In this document: piece after piece, positions 30,709 to 41,362 of the stretch | How positions within the stretch are numbered: the first letter of the stretch is position 1 | Layout of the letters: each line of letters opens with the position of its first letter | Source of the DNA: an uncultured Chlamydiae bacterium | GTDB lineage: Bacteria; Chlamydiota; Chlamydiia; Chlamydiales; Parachlamydiaceae | Reading direction: 5' to 3' | NCBI GenBank assembly: GCA_963754655.1 | Contig: CAVWGN010000001.1 | Span: 2,496,001 to 2,560,000, forward strand | DNA: 64,000 bases | Made by a program: the position numbers and the translations under genes | Notes under the pieces: model-generated | The model's input: only the letters and a program-made list of their open reading frames with translations | What the model was told of the DNA's origin: nothing | Databases searched by the model: none

Positions 30709-32025
30709 TTAATTAAACAAACCATTGGTATAGAATTTGAGTTGCAAAAATCCGCTACAGCGAAGCACTTGCACATTTGGCAGCTTAGGCAGGCTTTGCA
30801 GATTAGAACATTCGCGGCAGTCAAGCTCTTGCACATTTGGTAGCTCAGGTAGGCTTTGCAGATTAGAACATCTGTTGCAGTTAAGCTTTTGCACATTTGG
30901 CAGCTCAGGCAGGCTTTGCAGATTAAAGCAAGAGTAGCAGTTAAGCTCTTGCACATTTGGCAGCTCAGGCAGGCTTTGCAGATCATAAAATTCGCGGCAG
31001 TTAAGCTTTTGTACATTTGGCAGCTCAGGCAGGCTTTGCAGATCATAGCAACCGCTGCAGTCAAGCTTTTGCACATTTGGCAGCTCAGGCAGGCTTTGCA
31101 GATTAGAGCAATAGCTGCAGTCAAGCTTTTGCACATTTGGCAGCTCAGGCAGGCTTTGCAGATTAAAGCATCTGCGACAGTAAAGCTTTTGTACATTTGG
31201 CAGCTCAGGCAGGCTTTGCAGATTAGAGCATCCGCGGCAGTTAAGCTCTTGCACATTTGGCAGCTCAGGCAGGCTTTGCAGATTAGAGCATCCGCGGCAG
31301 TTAAGCTCTTGCACATTTGGCAGCTCAGGTAGGCTTTGCAGATTAGCACATCCGCTGCAGTCAAGTCTTATGAGACTACTTGCCTGATCTGGCAAATTTC
31401 TTATTTTATCCGATTTAATTATTAATTGATTAAGATTTGGACACTGTTTAAATAATTCTTCAATGTCGCTTTCCTCTACGTCCGGAAATTCTCTTAGGTT
31501 TGCTCCTGTCAAACCATGATCGATCACATACTGGACAGCCTCTTTTGCAGTGTTGCATCTATATTTTTTAAGAGAAACAAGCTGCTCGCTAGCCCATTCT
31601 TTTTCCTCACTTTTTGCAATCTCGCTCAATTGCTTGGAAAGATGCATCTTTTCCAATCCACTTTGAACTCCTCCCATTTTATAAGGAATTTCAGAATCGC
31701 GTGGAGGAATATAAGAATAGATTTTCCTCCATAATTCTTCTGGCAATTGAGAAAGCTCGTTAGAGAACACGTTCTCAGGTTTTGGCTCAGTGTCGTTATT
31801 TGCAGGTGAATTGGGATTGACATAAGGAGGAAGATCTAATTCCTCGAGATCTAATTTTTTCCCTTTATACTGTCGATAAATAAAAAATAGAGCTGTGATT
31901 GCACCAAAAATTGCAAAAACAACAGCCGCAATTTTTGCATATTTTTGAGTTGCTTCTGAAAAATAATTGCTAGTTGTCAAATTGCTTTTTAACTGTTGAA
32001 GATTAGAAGGAATAGATGGGAACAT
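30709..32025 (-). CDS. TM + F-box-like + LRR protein (copy A4, about 11 repeats)
   Basis: As A1. Confidence 0.88.
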   Translation of the reverse strand: MFPSIPSNLQQLKSNLTTSNYFSEATQKYAKIAAVVFAIFGAITALFFIYRQYKGKKLDLEELDLPPYVNPNSPANNDTEPKPENVFSNELSQLPEELWRKIYSYIPPRDSEIPYKMGGVQSGLEKMHLSKQLSEIAKSEEKEWASEQLVSLKKYRCNTAKEAVQYVIDHGLTGANLREFPDVEESDIEELFKQCPNLNQLIIKSDKIRNLPDQASSLIRLDCSGCANLQSLPELPNVQELNCRGCSNLQSLPELPNVQELNCRGCSNLQSLPELPNVQKLYCRRCFNLQSLPELPNVQKLDCSYCSNLQSLPELPNVQKLDCSGCYDLQSLPELPNVQKLNCREFYDLQSLPELPNVQELNCYSCFNLQSLPELPNVQKLNCNRCSNLQSLPELPNVQELDCRECSNLQSLPKLPNVQVLRCSGFLQLKFYTNGLFN

Positions 32026-32554
32026 CAAGGCCTCTTATTGTTTAGTGACGAAGTTGTAAATTTAATTAAAAAAAACAATTTTTAAATTACATTTTTTGAA
32101 AGTTTAATTAATTATTAAATTAATTTCAATTTTAATTTATAATATTTTCCAGTCAATACGCAGTTACGCAATGTAATCGATTTAAAGAAATTCAATGATG
32201 CTCTAAGCAGCGTTAACTGCCTACACATCAAGCTTAAGCTAAGAGAGGAAACCAGGCGGAGATATTATCAAAAGTTGTTGATTTTTAGAATAAGGAAAGC
32301 ATAACCTCAATACATTTTCGACAATTAATCAAAAATTTCAAAAAGAGGCAACGCCATAAAAGAGAGTGTCATAAGACCAGCGTGTTTTGTCCTAATAGGA
32401 TATGAATTAAGAATGCTTGCAAGTGAATATGCCACAATTTCTCTTGTAGTCTTTCAGACTACGATAGGAGTGTGTCTTTTTCCCAGGCCGCTGGCTTGGG
32501 CTATTTCACTTTAGAGCCCTTCAGGCTCAAAACGCCTTGATTAGCCAGCCCAGA

Positions 32555-33217
32555 GCCGGGACTTAACAAAGAACTTTTTTGGGCTTGATATTCTTCATGT
32601 CAATTTAACAACACCCCGCCTGTAACAGGCTTTAAAGGCATACTTCCCGAAAATGACGGGAAAAACATCAAAGCCCAAAACAGTTCTTTGTTAAGTCCCG
32701 GCCATAGGCTAGGAAGGAAATGCTTCTGGCAAACTCCAGAAGCTAAATTTGTCGCTCAAGCGGCGTTAGCCGCGCATGGATAGTAGCCGTGGGTGTAGGC
32801 GCAAGCCGGAACCCACGGTGTATGGTAAAAAAAATGAAGCCACGTTAGTGGCGTAGGAAATTGATGGTGGAGCAATGTTTATTTAAACGAATGCTACGCC
32901 ACTAACGTGGCTCAAATTTGTTTTTTGGGTAACCGTGGGTTTCGGCTTGCGCCTACACCCACGGCTACTATCCATGCGCGGCTAACGCCGCTCGTCGCTG
33001 AGGGAAAGGATATGGATCAAGCAACATTGCAAAAACAAAGATAAAAAATTCCGATTACCTAGCCATATGCCGGGACTTAACAAAGAACTGTTTTGGGCTT
33101 GATAATTTTTCGCGTCATTTTCGATAAATATGCCTCTAAATGCTGTTATAGGCGGGGCGTTGTTAAATTGATACGAAGAATATCAAGCCCAAAAACAGTT
33201 CTTTGTTAAGTCCCGGC
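32555..33217. repeat. Composite palindrome (MITE pair plus REPIN-B), third-unit copy
   Basis: Nearly identical to 25534-26196. Confidence 0.85.
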
Positions 33218-33310
33218 CCAGAGCGAAGCGGCGTGGCGAATGAAGGCGTCGCTTAACCTAGCGCTCGCTCTTAGCTTGATCCGTATATCCTCCGAGATTA
33301 GGCTCAAAAC

Positions 33311-34933
33311 CTAATGTAACGAAGTATTAGATCTTATATACCTATCAAGAAGTGCCACAAGTTTTTTATCATCAAAATGATTCATGATCTGAGCAATATA
33401 GAGATCGGGTCTAATCAAACACATTCCATGCTTTTCCGCACAACCATACAATTTAGAAATAGAAAAATCACTGTCTAAAATGAGAGGGCAAAGGTTTGGA
33501 TGAATCTCTTTAGGACTAATCAAGAAACAAGCGATTGTGTTCGAATAATTTTGCTGAACCTTTTCTATGAGCATCTTTAACTGACTGATATCCTCTTCTT
33601 GAATATATGATCCTGTAAATAATAAAAGATTGTGATAAGGATGGCGAAAATAATCATAAAGGCGTTGAGAGGAATTGGCAATAGACAGATCGGGAGCTCT
33701 TTCTCCTGGCTGAGGAGCCTCTTTTTTAACGTTCGTTTGATAATCAATAATGGGACTTTGCTTATAACGGATAGCAAGTTGAGTGATCACACTACTCAAT
33801 TTACTTTTTAAAAATTGACTACGTCCAATCACATTGTGGATTAAACTATCTCGAATGTTAAGCAATATAGAGTTTGAAACTGAACCCATCTTTGTTAATC
33901 TTTCTGTCACACGGATAATGCTCTTAATGATTGGGTAGCGCTCATCTTGGTAACTTTTTAATAATAAAAAAGGATAAGCTTGGCCTTTGATCACCAAAGC
34001 TAATTTCCAAGCCAGATTATAAGCATCTTGTATTCCTGTATTCATTCCTTGTCCTCCAGCTGGAGAATGGACATGAGCAGCATCGCCTGCAATAAAAACA
34101 TTTCCTTGAGACATACGACTTGCAATTTTACTATGGATCCAAAATGGAGAGAGCCATACAATCGTTTTTACCTTGAAAAATCCTTTAGATCGATTATGAA
34201 CAAGTTCTTGCATCTCTTCTGCAGTGGGTTTTATTTCAATTTCTTGCCTTCCCATATTCGCAATGACACGATAAAGATGATTTCCCAAGGGAAAACAAGC
34301 CAACACCTTCCCATTCCCCAAAAATCCATCTCCTTTATCTTGAGATAAGGGACTCTCTAGTATCATATCAGCTACTAAATATTCTTCTGGCAGATCTTCT
34401 CCTGAAAAAGGAATATGGCATTTATCGCGTACTACACTACGAAATCCATCACATCCCACTAGCCAATCACTCTCAATGAATTCTATTTCCCCATTTTCGT
34501 GCTTGACAGTTGAAATCATCTTTCGACTTTCCTGTCTCACATCAACTAATTCTAGCTGCCTTTCTACAGGACCATGAAGCTCTTCTAAACGTTCATTTAA
34601 TAATTTTTCGGTTTGGCTTTGAGGAATGAATAAAGAACAGTTAAAACGAGAATCAGGCTGATACAAAGCAATATCGGTTAATGTTTGTCCCTCACGGCCA
34701 TGAATACGAAATCCCCTGCAGTGCAAACCCAAAGGCAAGAAACGATCCACAATGCCAAGATGATCAAATATTTCTAGAGTACGTGTATGAATGACGGCAG
34801 CATTGGTCAATTGTGTAGGCTCGGGCTTCTTTTCTATAATTCTAAAAGAAATCCCATAACGAGCTAACTCACAAGCCATCATGAGGCCTGTTGGGCCGGC
34901 TCCTACAATCAATACTGAAATAAATGAATTCAT
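33311..34933 (-). CDS. FAD-dependent monooxygenase (PheA/TfdB aromatic hydroxylase-like), intact
   Basis: VLIVGAGPTG, LVGCDG, GDAAHVHSPAGGQGMNTGIQDAYNL, C-terminal LIRPD. Confidence 0.92.
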   Translation of the reverse strand: MNSFISVLIVGAGPTGLMMACELARYGISFRIIEKKPEPTQLTNAAVIHTRTLEIFDHLGIVDRFLPLGLHCRGFRIHGREGQTLTDIALYQPDSRFNCSLFIPQSQTEKLLNERLEELHGPVERQLELVDVRQESRKMISTVKHENGEIEFIESDWLVGCDGFRSVVRDKCHIPFSGEDLPEEYLVADMILESPLSQDKGDGFLGNGKVLACFPLGNHLYRVIANMGRQEIEIKPTAEEMQELVHNRSKGFFKVKTIVWLSPFWIHSKIASRMSQGNVFIAGDAAHVHSPAGGQGMNTGIQDAYNLAWKLALVIKGQAYPFLLLKSYQDERYPIIKSIIRVTERLTKMGSVSNSILLNIRDSLIHNVIGRSQFLKSKLSSVITQLAIRYKQSPIIDYQTNVKKEAPQPGERAPDLSIANSSQRLYDYFRHPYHNLLLFTGSYIQEEDISQLKMLIEKVQQNYSNTIACFLISPKEIHPNLCPLILDSDFSISKLYGCAEKHGMCLIRPDLYIAQIMNHFDDKKLVALLDRYIRSNTSLH

Positions 34934-34969
34934 CAATTTTGCCTTAAAATAAGAAAATGATCCTTTAAA

Positions 34970-35617
34970 CTAAGGTGTGTCTTTGTAGGCATCATCTCCT
35001 TTTTTATTTTGTCTCTTTTTCATTTTAATCAAATAAACAAGATAAATGAGTCCAATCAATATGACGACCGTTAAAATACTCTCCATGTCAATCTCAATAT
35101 TTTCGAAAATGGAAAACCAATAATTCCCAAAGAAGTATCCTATGGAAAGAAACGTCGTCACCCAAATTAACGCTCCACTATAAGCAAATAAAGCAAAGTC
35201 TTTAAAATCAAGAGAACTCATGCCCGCGGTAAATCCAGTAAAATGTCGAATACCAGGAATGAAATAACCCAAAAATAGTGTCCATTTACCAAACCGCTCA
35301 AACCACGCATGCGCTTTATCAAGATGCTCTTGTTTAATTCCTATCCATTTCCCATAACGAATGATTAAAAAATGACCTGCCGTACGACCTAATAAATAGC
35401 TTGCGGTAATTCCACATAAACTTCCTAATACTGCTGCAATAATAGTTTGTGGAATTTGAAGCTTACCGTGATGCATTAAGATCCCAGCAATAACCATAAG
35501 AGTCTCTTCTGGAACCGGCAAGGCTATAATGCCAATAGTCAATAACAAAAATAAGGCGAAACTTCCATAATGAATCAACCACACTTGCAAAGCGCTATTA
35601 TTTGCTAATGCATCCAT
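34970..35617 (-). CDS. DedA family membrane protein
   Basis: LPVPEET, YLLGR, FIPGIRH motifs. Confidence 0.9.
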   Translation of the reverse strand: MDALANNSALQVWLIHYGSFALFLLLTIGIIALPVPEETLMVIAGILMHHGKLQIPQTIIAAVLGSLCGITASYLLGRTAGHFLIIRYGKWIGIKQEHLDKAHAWFERFGKWTLFLGYFIPGIRHFTGFTAGMSSLDFKDFALFAYSGALIWVTTFLSIGYFFGNYWFSIFENIEIDMESILTVVILIGLIYLVYLIKMKKRQNKKGDDAYKDTP

Positions 35618-35702
35618 TCAAAAAACCCGATCTGATGATGATTTAAAAAGTTATTACAAGCCTGCTTTCGCCATTCTGTTACCTTTGTGAGCCAAGACAA
35701 TT

Positions 35703-36728
35703 TTATTTGCAAGATTTAATACTCAAGGCTGGATCTTTCTGAAGCAGATAATCGACAACGGAAGGACTAACCTCTTTCAAATGCTTAGCTCCCCATCTTG
35801 TCTTGAAATCAGCAATCATTGTATTTAAAAGAGGATAATAGAGGTTATGAAGGGCTATTTTTTCTTTTTCTTTTTGTTGAAAAATGCTAACCCATTCCTC
35901 AAAAGTATTGAGATCGTACTCTTTTTGCCGCATCATCCATTTAGTTAAAGCCATGATTCTATCATCATTAGGGCTGTTTTTAATTAAAATAGTCATTGCA
36001 GATACAAGAAGAGGATGATTAGAGGGAAGAATCGATGCGTTTTGTGTTTGATTCCAATTTTTTTCCTGATAAGTCTTGATTAATAACTCTAAAGCATAAG
36101 GACTAAAAGGAACTTGCTGCTGAAGTTTATCTATAAAAACTTGCAAACAGCTTTTTAATAAACTCGTGTTAAAAGTTTTTTCTTTTCTTAACCATTCCCC
36201 CAGCTGCTCGCTTGTCTCTTTATTGCATTCTTTAAAAACATCAATTATCACGCGGGCACATATCGGGTGATTGAGATCCACTTCACTCAATTCAGTTAAA
36301 TAAAGCATTAAATCGACAACTGAAAAAATATCCTGTCTGATCTGACCCTGCGACTCAATAAACTTAATATCATTAAAAATAATCATTTTTTTGACTTTAC
36401 CACATTGCTCTGGTTTATCCTTGTAAACCCCTAATATTTTCACTTTGCTATCGGGAATACCATGAAATAATGAGTTTGTATTTTTCTGTTCTCCCTCCTT
36501 CTTCTCTGCTTTTTTCTTTTTAAACGGAACATTTCCAGGAAGAGCTTTTTTTTCTGGTTCTACTTTTTCCGCTTTAAATTGATAACAACAAAAATAATAA
36601 AGAGCTGTAAACCCTAAAATGGCAAGGGCGATGATGACCACTCTTTGATTAATGGCACTCTTGACTACTTGGGTTTGCATCAATTTAATAGGAGAGTCAA
36701 CGGACGAAAAATTACAACAAATATTCAT
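35703..36728 (-). CDS. Hypothetical protein with an N-terminal membrane anchor (effector-like)
   Basis: 341-aa ORF; QRVVIIALAILGFTALYYFCCYQFKA resembles the anchors of the LRR families. Confidence 0.65.
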   Translation of the reverse strand: MNICCNFSSVDSPIKLMQTQVVKSAINQRVVIIALAILGFTALYYFCCYQFKAEKVEPEKKALPGNVPFKKKKAEKKEGEQKNTNSLFHGIPDSKVKILGVYKDKPEQCGKVKKMIIFNDIKFIESQGQIRQDIFSVVDLMLYLTELSEVDLNHPICARVIIDVFKECNKETSEQLGEWLRKEKTFNTSLLKSCLQVFIDKLQQQVPFSPYALELLIKTYQEKNWNQTQNASILPSNHPLLVSAMTILIKNSPNDDRIMALTKWMMRQKEYDLNTFEEWVSIFQQKEKEKIALHNLYYPLLNTMIADFKTRWGAKHLKEVSPSVVDYLLQKDPALSIKSCK

Positions 36729-37007
36729 AAATTAGCTCCAAAAATTAAATAATATTTAATTAAAATTACATTTCTTAATCCAATCAATTAAATTTCATAA
36801 TAAAAACATTGATTTTTATAGCATTATACAAATTTTATCTATTGTTAGCTATCATTCATTTAAATCTATCTCTATATCTCACTTTACCAAGGGTTGCTCC
36901 CATTAGCTGCTGTTTAGAAGCCCAAAAGACTTTGAAGTAAAATTCTAATTGGCAAAGGAGAGCCTCTTTGATACATTAAAATTTTATCTACTAGTAGACA
37001 TGACGTT

Positions 37008-38159
37008 ATGATTGTTTTAGCCCTTAAAATGCTCATCGGAAATAGGGCCTCCTTTATTGGAGTCATTTTTGGTATTTTCTTAGCAACTTTACTTATTTCA
37101 CAGCAATCGGCCATATTTTTAGGCTTAATTTCAAGAGCTTATCGTACCTTGACCGACATTCCTTCGCCCAATATTTGGGTCATGGACCCCGCTACTGAAA
37201 GTGATGACCGCGTACGAGAAATACCCGAAGATGATCTCTACGTTGTACGCAGTATTCCTCAAGTGGAATGGGCGGTTCCAATCAATGTGATGCATATTCC
37301 TTTAGTAACACAAGCGGGCATTTTTCAAATTTCCCAGCTTTATGGAATTGATACTGCCACTTTAATCGGAGCTCCTCAGCATATGTTAGAAGGAAAAATT
37401 CAAGATTTGCGTCGTGAAGGAGGAATCATCGTCGATATCTATTCTGCCAAAGGAGCTTTAGCCACTCCCCTACCAGACGGCACAAAAAAACCCCTTCAAA
37501 TTGGCGATGAACTTGAAATTAATAATCATCGCGCTGTCGTTGTTGGCATTTGCAAAATTACTCAAGGGTTTTACCCCCAACCCATTATTTTTACGAGCCT
37601 GAATGACTTTCACCGCTTTACCTCTTTTGCAAGTCACAACTTAAGCTTTATTGCAGCCAAAACCGTTCCTGGAGCGAATATTCAAGAAGTGTGCAACCGC
37701 ATCAAGGCCTTCCCCAATTTGAACGCATTAACTGACGAGCAGTTTAAATGGAGAATCATTAAAACTTTTTTGGCAACGGGAATTCTCATTAATTTTGGTC
37801 TCTCTGTTGCTTTGGGATTTATTGTAGGTTTTTCTATTGCCGGACAAATTTTTTATATCATGACACTTGAGAACTTAATGTACTATGCCTTAATTAAAGC
37901 AATAGGAGGAACGCAAAAGATGATTTTGCAAATGATTTTAATCCAAGCACTTGTTGTAGGCATCATCGGTTTTTTCTTAGGAATTGGCGCTACACTTCTT
38001 TGGGGCTTGGCAATTCAACATACAACTTTAGCTTTTCTTTTTCCTTGGCAGCTTCTGGTCTTTACAGGAATGATTGTGTTGGTCATTTGTATTTTGACTG
38101 CGGGTTTAAGCATTCGAAAAGTTTTTCGAGCTGATCCTAAATCACTCATGGGAACCTAA
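37008..38159 (+). CDS. ABC transporter permease (DevC/MacB/FtsX-like)
   Basis: N-terminal TM, periplasmic domain, YALIKAIGG and C-terminal TMs. Confidence 0.88.
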   Translation: MIVLALKMLIGNRASFIGVIFGIFLATLLISQQSAIFLGLISRAYRTLTDIPSPNIWVMDPATESDDRVREIPEDDLYVVRSIPQVEWAVPINVMHIPLVTQAGIFQISQLYGIDTATLIGAPQHMLEGKIQDLRREGGIIVDIYSAKGALATPLPDGTKKPLQIGDELEINNHRAVVVGICKITQGFYPQPIIFTSLNDFHRFTSFASHNLSFIAAKTVPGANIQEVCNRIKAFPNLNALTDEQFKWRIIKTFLATGILINFGLSVALGFIVGFSIAGQIFYIMTLENLMYYALIKAIGGTQKMILQMILIQALVVGIIGFFLGIGATLLWGLAIQHTTLAFLFPWQLLVFTGMIVLVICILTAGLSIRKVFRADPKSLMGT

Positions 38160-38164
38160 TTCGT

Positions 38165-38857
38165 ATGACGGAACTCGCCATTTGCTGCAGAGGCATTAAA
38201 AAACATTATGGAGAAGGCGATAATCGAGTGGAGGCTTTAAAAGAGATCGATTTGGATGTCGAGCAAGGGCAACTCACGCTTTTAGTCGGACCTTCTGGGT
38301 CTGGAAAAACGACCCTGTTATCCATCATTACGACTATTTTAACACCAGACGCTGGGGAGCTTTATTTATTGAATCAAAATATCTATGAAATGTCAGAAAT
38401 TGAAAGAGCTCAATTTTGCCGTGATCATTTGGGAATCGTTTTTCAATCGCTTTTTTTAATTCCGACTCTCACTGTAGCAGAAAATATTAGTCTGCCTTTG
38501 ATTATTGCTGGATTCAATCGACAGCTAGCATTAGATAAAGCAAGGGAACTACTGGAAAAGATGCATTTAATGCACCGCTTTCATTCACCCCCAAATACGC
38601 TATCCAAAGGGCAGCAGCAGCGCGTAGCCATTGCACGGGCAATCATTAACGACTCTAACATTCTCGTATGCGATGAGCCAACAAGTGCTTTAGATCAAGC
38701 GTCTGGACTAGAAATCATGACTCTTTTACGCGAAAAGGTTTTGCAATCTTCAAGAGCTGTATTGGTCGTGACACATGATCAGCGCACGTTTCCTTTTGCT
38801 GATCGCATCATCCAAATGAGTGACGGTCAAATCATACCAGGTGAAAAACATGAGTAG
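38165..38857 (+). CDS. ABC transporter ATP-binding subunit (LolD/DevA-like)
   Basis: GPSGSGKT, LSKGQQQRVAIARA, CDEPT, VTHD. Confidence 0.94.
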   Translation: MTELAICCRGIKKHYGEGDNRVEALKEIDLDVEQGQLTLLVGPSGSGKTTLLSIITTILTPDAGELYLLNQNIYEMSEIERAQFCRDHLGIVFQSLFLIPTLTVAENISLPLIIAGFNRQLALDKARELLEKMHLMHRFHSPPNTLSKGQQQRVAIARAIINDSNILVCDEPTSALDQASGLEIMTLLREKVLQSSRAVLVVTHDQRTFPFADRIIQMSDGQIIPGEKHE

Positions 38858-39911
38858 AAACTACTTTTTTTGGATCGTTTTCATTACCTTGGCTTGCGTC
38901 TTTTTCACTTTTTATTCCATGTGGAAAACGATTAAGCCGTCTACTTCTGTACCAGCAGCCATTGCATCCTATCCTGTTGCTCCTTTTAAATCTTCTATTT
39001 CTGGTGTAGGGATTGTTGAAGCCAGCAGCGATAATATTTCCATTGGCACTCCTATCAACCGTATTGTGGAAAAAGTCTTTGTTCATGTTGGGCAAGAAGT
39101 CAAAAAAGGAGATAGTCTCTTTAAACTAGAAGATCAAGATCTTCTAGTTGATTTAGCCTCCCGTCAAATAGAATATGAGATTGCGAAAGCCAAATTACAA
39201 AAAATGGAGGATTTGCCGCAGCGCGAAGATTTGATCAAGGCCGAAGCGGGTCTTAAAATTGTTCAAGTAGAGCTGGATCAAGCCCAAAACCAATATGACA
39301 TAGTACAAGGTTTACAAGACTCTCGGGCATTGAGCCAGCAAGAAATCAATCGCCGTCGATTCAATTATGAACAAGTCCAAGCCCGATGGCAGGAAGCACA
39401 AGCCAATTTGAATAAAATCAAATCAGGCGCATGGAAACCCGATCTTGCGATCGCCTCTCTTGAGGTTCAACAAGCAAAAACCAATGTTGACCGCATAAAA
39501 ACTGATATCCAACGCACGCTCATCCGCTCTCCTCTTAATGGCAAAGTTTTGCAGATTAAAATTCATGAAGGAGAATCTCCCACAGCAATTGGAGCGAATG
39601 GTCCGCTACTGATTGTGGGCAATACGGATGAAATTTACCTTAAAGTCAGTATTAACCAATTTGATACTCCCTATTTTCGCCCTGACGCTCCAGCTGTCGC
39701 TTATTTGAGAGGAAATGCGCGCGTAGAATTTCCCTTAGAATTTGTCCGATTAGTTCCTTATCTCGTCGACAAAGAAAATTTAAACAATAACATTACAGAG
39801 AAAGTAGATACACGTGTTTTGCAAGTCATCTATCTTATCAAGAACCAAGATCATCATATCTTTGTTGGGCAACAGATGGATGTTTTTATTGAAGCTGAAT
39901 TTCCCTCATGA
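38850..39911 (+). CDS. HlyD/DevB-type periplasmic adaptor
   Basis: N-terminal TM, lipoyl halves VHVGQEVKKGD / IRSPLNGKV, coiled coil, VDTRVLQV. Confidence 0.88.
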   Translation: MSRNYFFWIVFITLACVFFTFYSMWKTIKPSTSVPAAIASYPVAPFKSSISGVGIVEASSDNISIGTPINRIVEKVFVHVGQEVKKGDSLFKLEDQDLLVDLASRQIEYEIAKAKLQKMEDLPQREDLIKAEAGLKIVQVELDQAQNQYDIVQGLQDSRALSQQEINRRRFNYEQVQARWQEAQANLNKIKSGAWKPDLAIASLEVQQAKTNVDRIKTDIQRTLIRSPLNGKVLQIKIHEGESPTAIGANGPLLIVGNTDEIYLKVSINQFDTPYFRPDAPAVAYLRGNARVEFPLEFVRLVPYLVDKENLNNNITEKVDTRVLQVIYLIKNQDHHIFVGQQMDVFIEAEFPS

Positions 39912-41362
39912 GAAGTCAAATGCATTGGACTTATTTTTGTCAAATCCTCTTACTCTTTCTTACAGGATGTACAGTGGTAGGTCCCACGTATAAGGGACCG
40001 CCGCAAATGGATATTCCAAACGAGTGGCAAACTCCTTCTTCTACAGGCATGTCTACCGCTGACCCTAGCTCTATTCTTTGGTGGGAGGCTTTGAATGATC
40101 CGATTTTGAATTCTCTCATGCGAAGAGCCGCAGAGCAAAATTTGGACTTATTTATTGCTAGCACACGCCTATTAGAAGCGCGCCTACAGCGGAAAGGAAA
40201 AGAAGCAGAACTTTACCCTCACATTGATGGATCCATCACCACCGGGCATCTCTACTGGAGCAAAGATCTCCTTCGCAATGGCATTTTAGGGAAATGTGGG
40301 TCTCATCGTCCTCATTGCAAGCGCAATGTCAATTTCTTTGAAGTGGGATTTGATGCTGATTGGGAGATTGATCTCTTTGGATTTAATCAGCATGAGGTTA
40401 ATGCTGCACAAGCGAGGATTGAGGTTACAGAAGAAAGCTTATGTGATGTTTGGATTACACTTTCAGCTGAAATTGGACGCAATTATGTCGAATTGAGGGG
40501 ACTGCAGCAGCGTCGCATTCTTATTCTGAAAAATATTGAAACACTGCAAGACAGTGTGCATTTGACTCAACAGCTTCTGACAATTGGTATGGCAAGCAGC
40601 ATTGATTTGCTACAGATAGAACAGCAACTGAACCAGCTTTATGCTCAAAAGCCGCTACTCAATCTTGACATAGATAAAGCCATTCATCGCCTCTCTATTC
40701 TTTTAGGCGATCCACCAGGGGCACTTTTTGAAGAACTGTGTCCCACTCAAACTTTGCCCCAATTGCCTTGTGAAAAACCCATTGGCATTCCTTCTGAACT
40801 TTTAAGGCGGCGACCTGATATTCGCAAAGCCGAAAGACATTTGGCAGCTGCAACAGAATCCGTGGGCAGTGCAGTTGCTGCTCTTTACCCTCGTTTCTCT
40901 CTTTCTGGATTTGTAGGAGAAATTGGCACACAATTGCGGTCATTGACAAACAGCAGTGGTGTCACCTGGTTTGCAGCTCCACAGCTCCTTTTTCCCATTT
41001 TTAATAGTCGTTTGCTTACGCAAGATGTGGAATTGAATCAAATTCAAGCCCGCCAAGCGTTATTTGAGTATCAAAAGAGCGTCTTAGCTGCTTTGGAAGA
41101 AGTCGAAAATGCTTTGGCTTCCTATCGCTATGAATTAGAAAGAAATGAGCAATTAAACCAAGCAAAATTCATTACACGAGAAACCTATCAATTGACCTTG
41201 CAGCTCTATCAAAAAGGAATCAAAGATTATCTTGATGTCTTGACGGCAGACCGCGCTTTAATTGTTGCAGAAGAGACTTATTTGCAAAGTCAAGAGAATT
41301 TACTTGTGCATTATATCTCTCTATATAAAGCCTTAGGGGGAGGATGGGAGATTCCGCAATGA
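39908..41362 (+). CDS. TolC/NodT-family outer-membrane efflux lipoprotein
   Basis: Lipobox LTGC, WEIDLFG, PSELLRRRPDIRKAE, LYKALGGGW. Confidence 0.93.
   Translation: MRSQMHWTYFCQILLLFLTGCTVVGPTYKGPPQMDIPNEWQTPSSTGMSTADPSSILWWEALNDPILNSLMRRAAEQNLDLFIASTRLLEARLQRKGKEAELYPHIDGSITTGHLYWSKDLLRNGILGKCGSHRPHCKRNVNFFEVGFDADWEIDLFGFNQHEVNAAQARIEVTEESLCDVWITLSAEIGRNYVELRGLQQRRILILKNIETLQDSVHLTQQLLTIGMASSIDLLQIEQQLNQLYAQKPLLNLDIDKAIHRLSILLGDPPGALFEELCPTQTLPQLPCEKPIGIPSELLRRRPDIRKAERHLAAATESVGSAVAALYPRFSLSGFVGEIGTQLRSLTNSSGVTWFAAPQLLFPIFNSRLLTQDVELNQIQARQALFEYQKSVLAALEEVENALASYRYELERNEQLNQAKFITRETYQLTLQLYQKGIKDYLDVLTADRALIVAEETYLQSQENLLVHYISLYKALGGGWEIPQ

Larger units (their letters stand above)
13815..34423. 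repeat. Three-unit tandem segmental amplification (units approx. 13815-19714, 19706-27400, 27392-34423)
   Basis: Each unit repeats DUF202 3' part, LRR gene(s), intergenic palindrome block and monooxygenase 3' part; junctions at 19706-19714 and 27392-27400 are identical. Confidence 0.92.

Noticed and set aside
14480..31380. 60-bp repeats with constant and variable parts resembling a CRISPR array
   Set aside because: They are in-frame LRR codons, the variable parts are short and recur, and there are no cas genes or leader
14425..32025. Diversity-generating retroelement as the source of LRR variability
   Set aside because: No reverse transcriptase and no invariant non-coding template repeat in the window; whole-repeat shuffling explains the pattern. 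Adenine bias was not computed.
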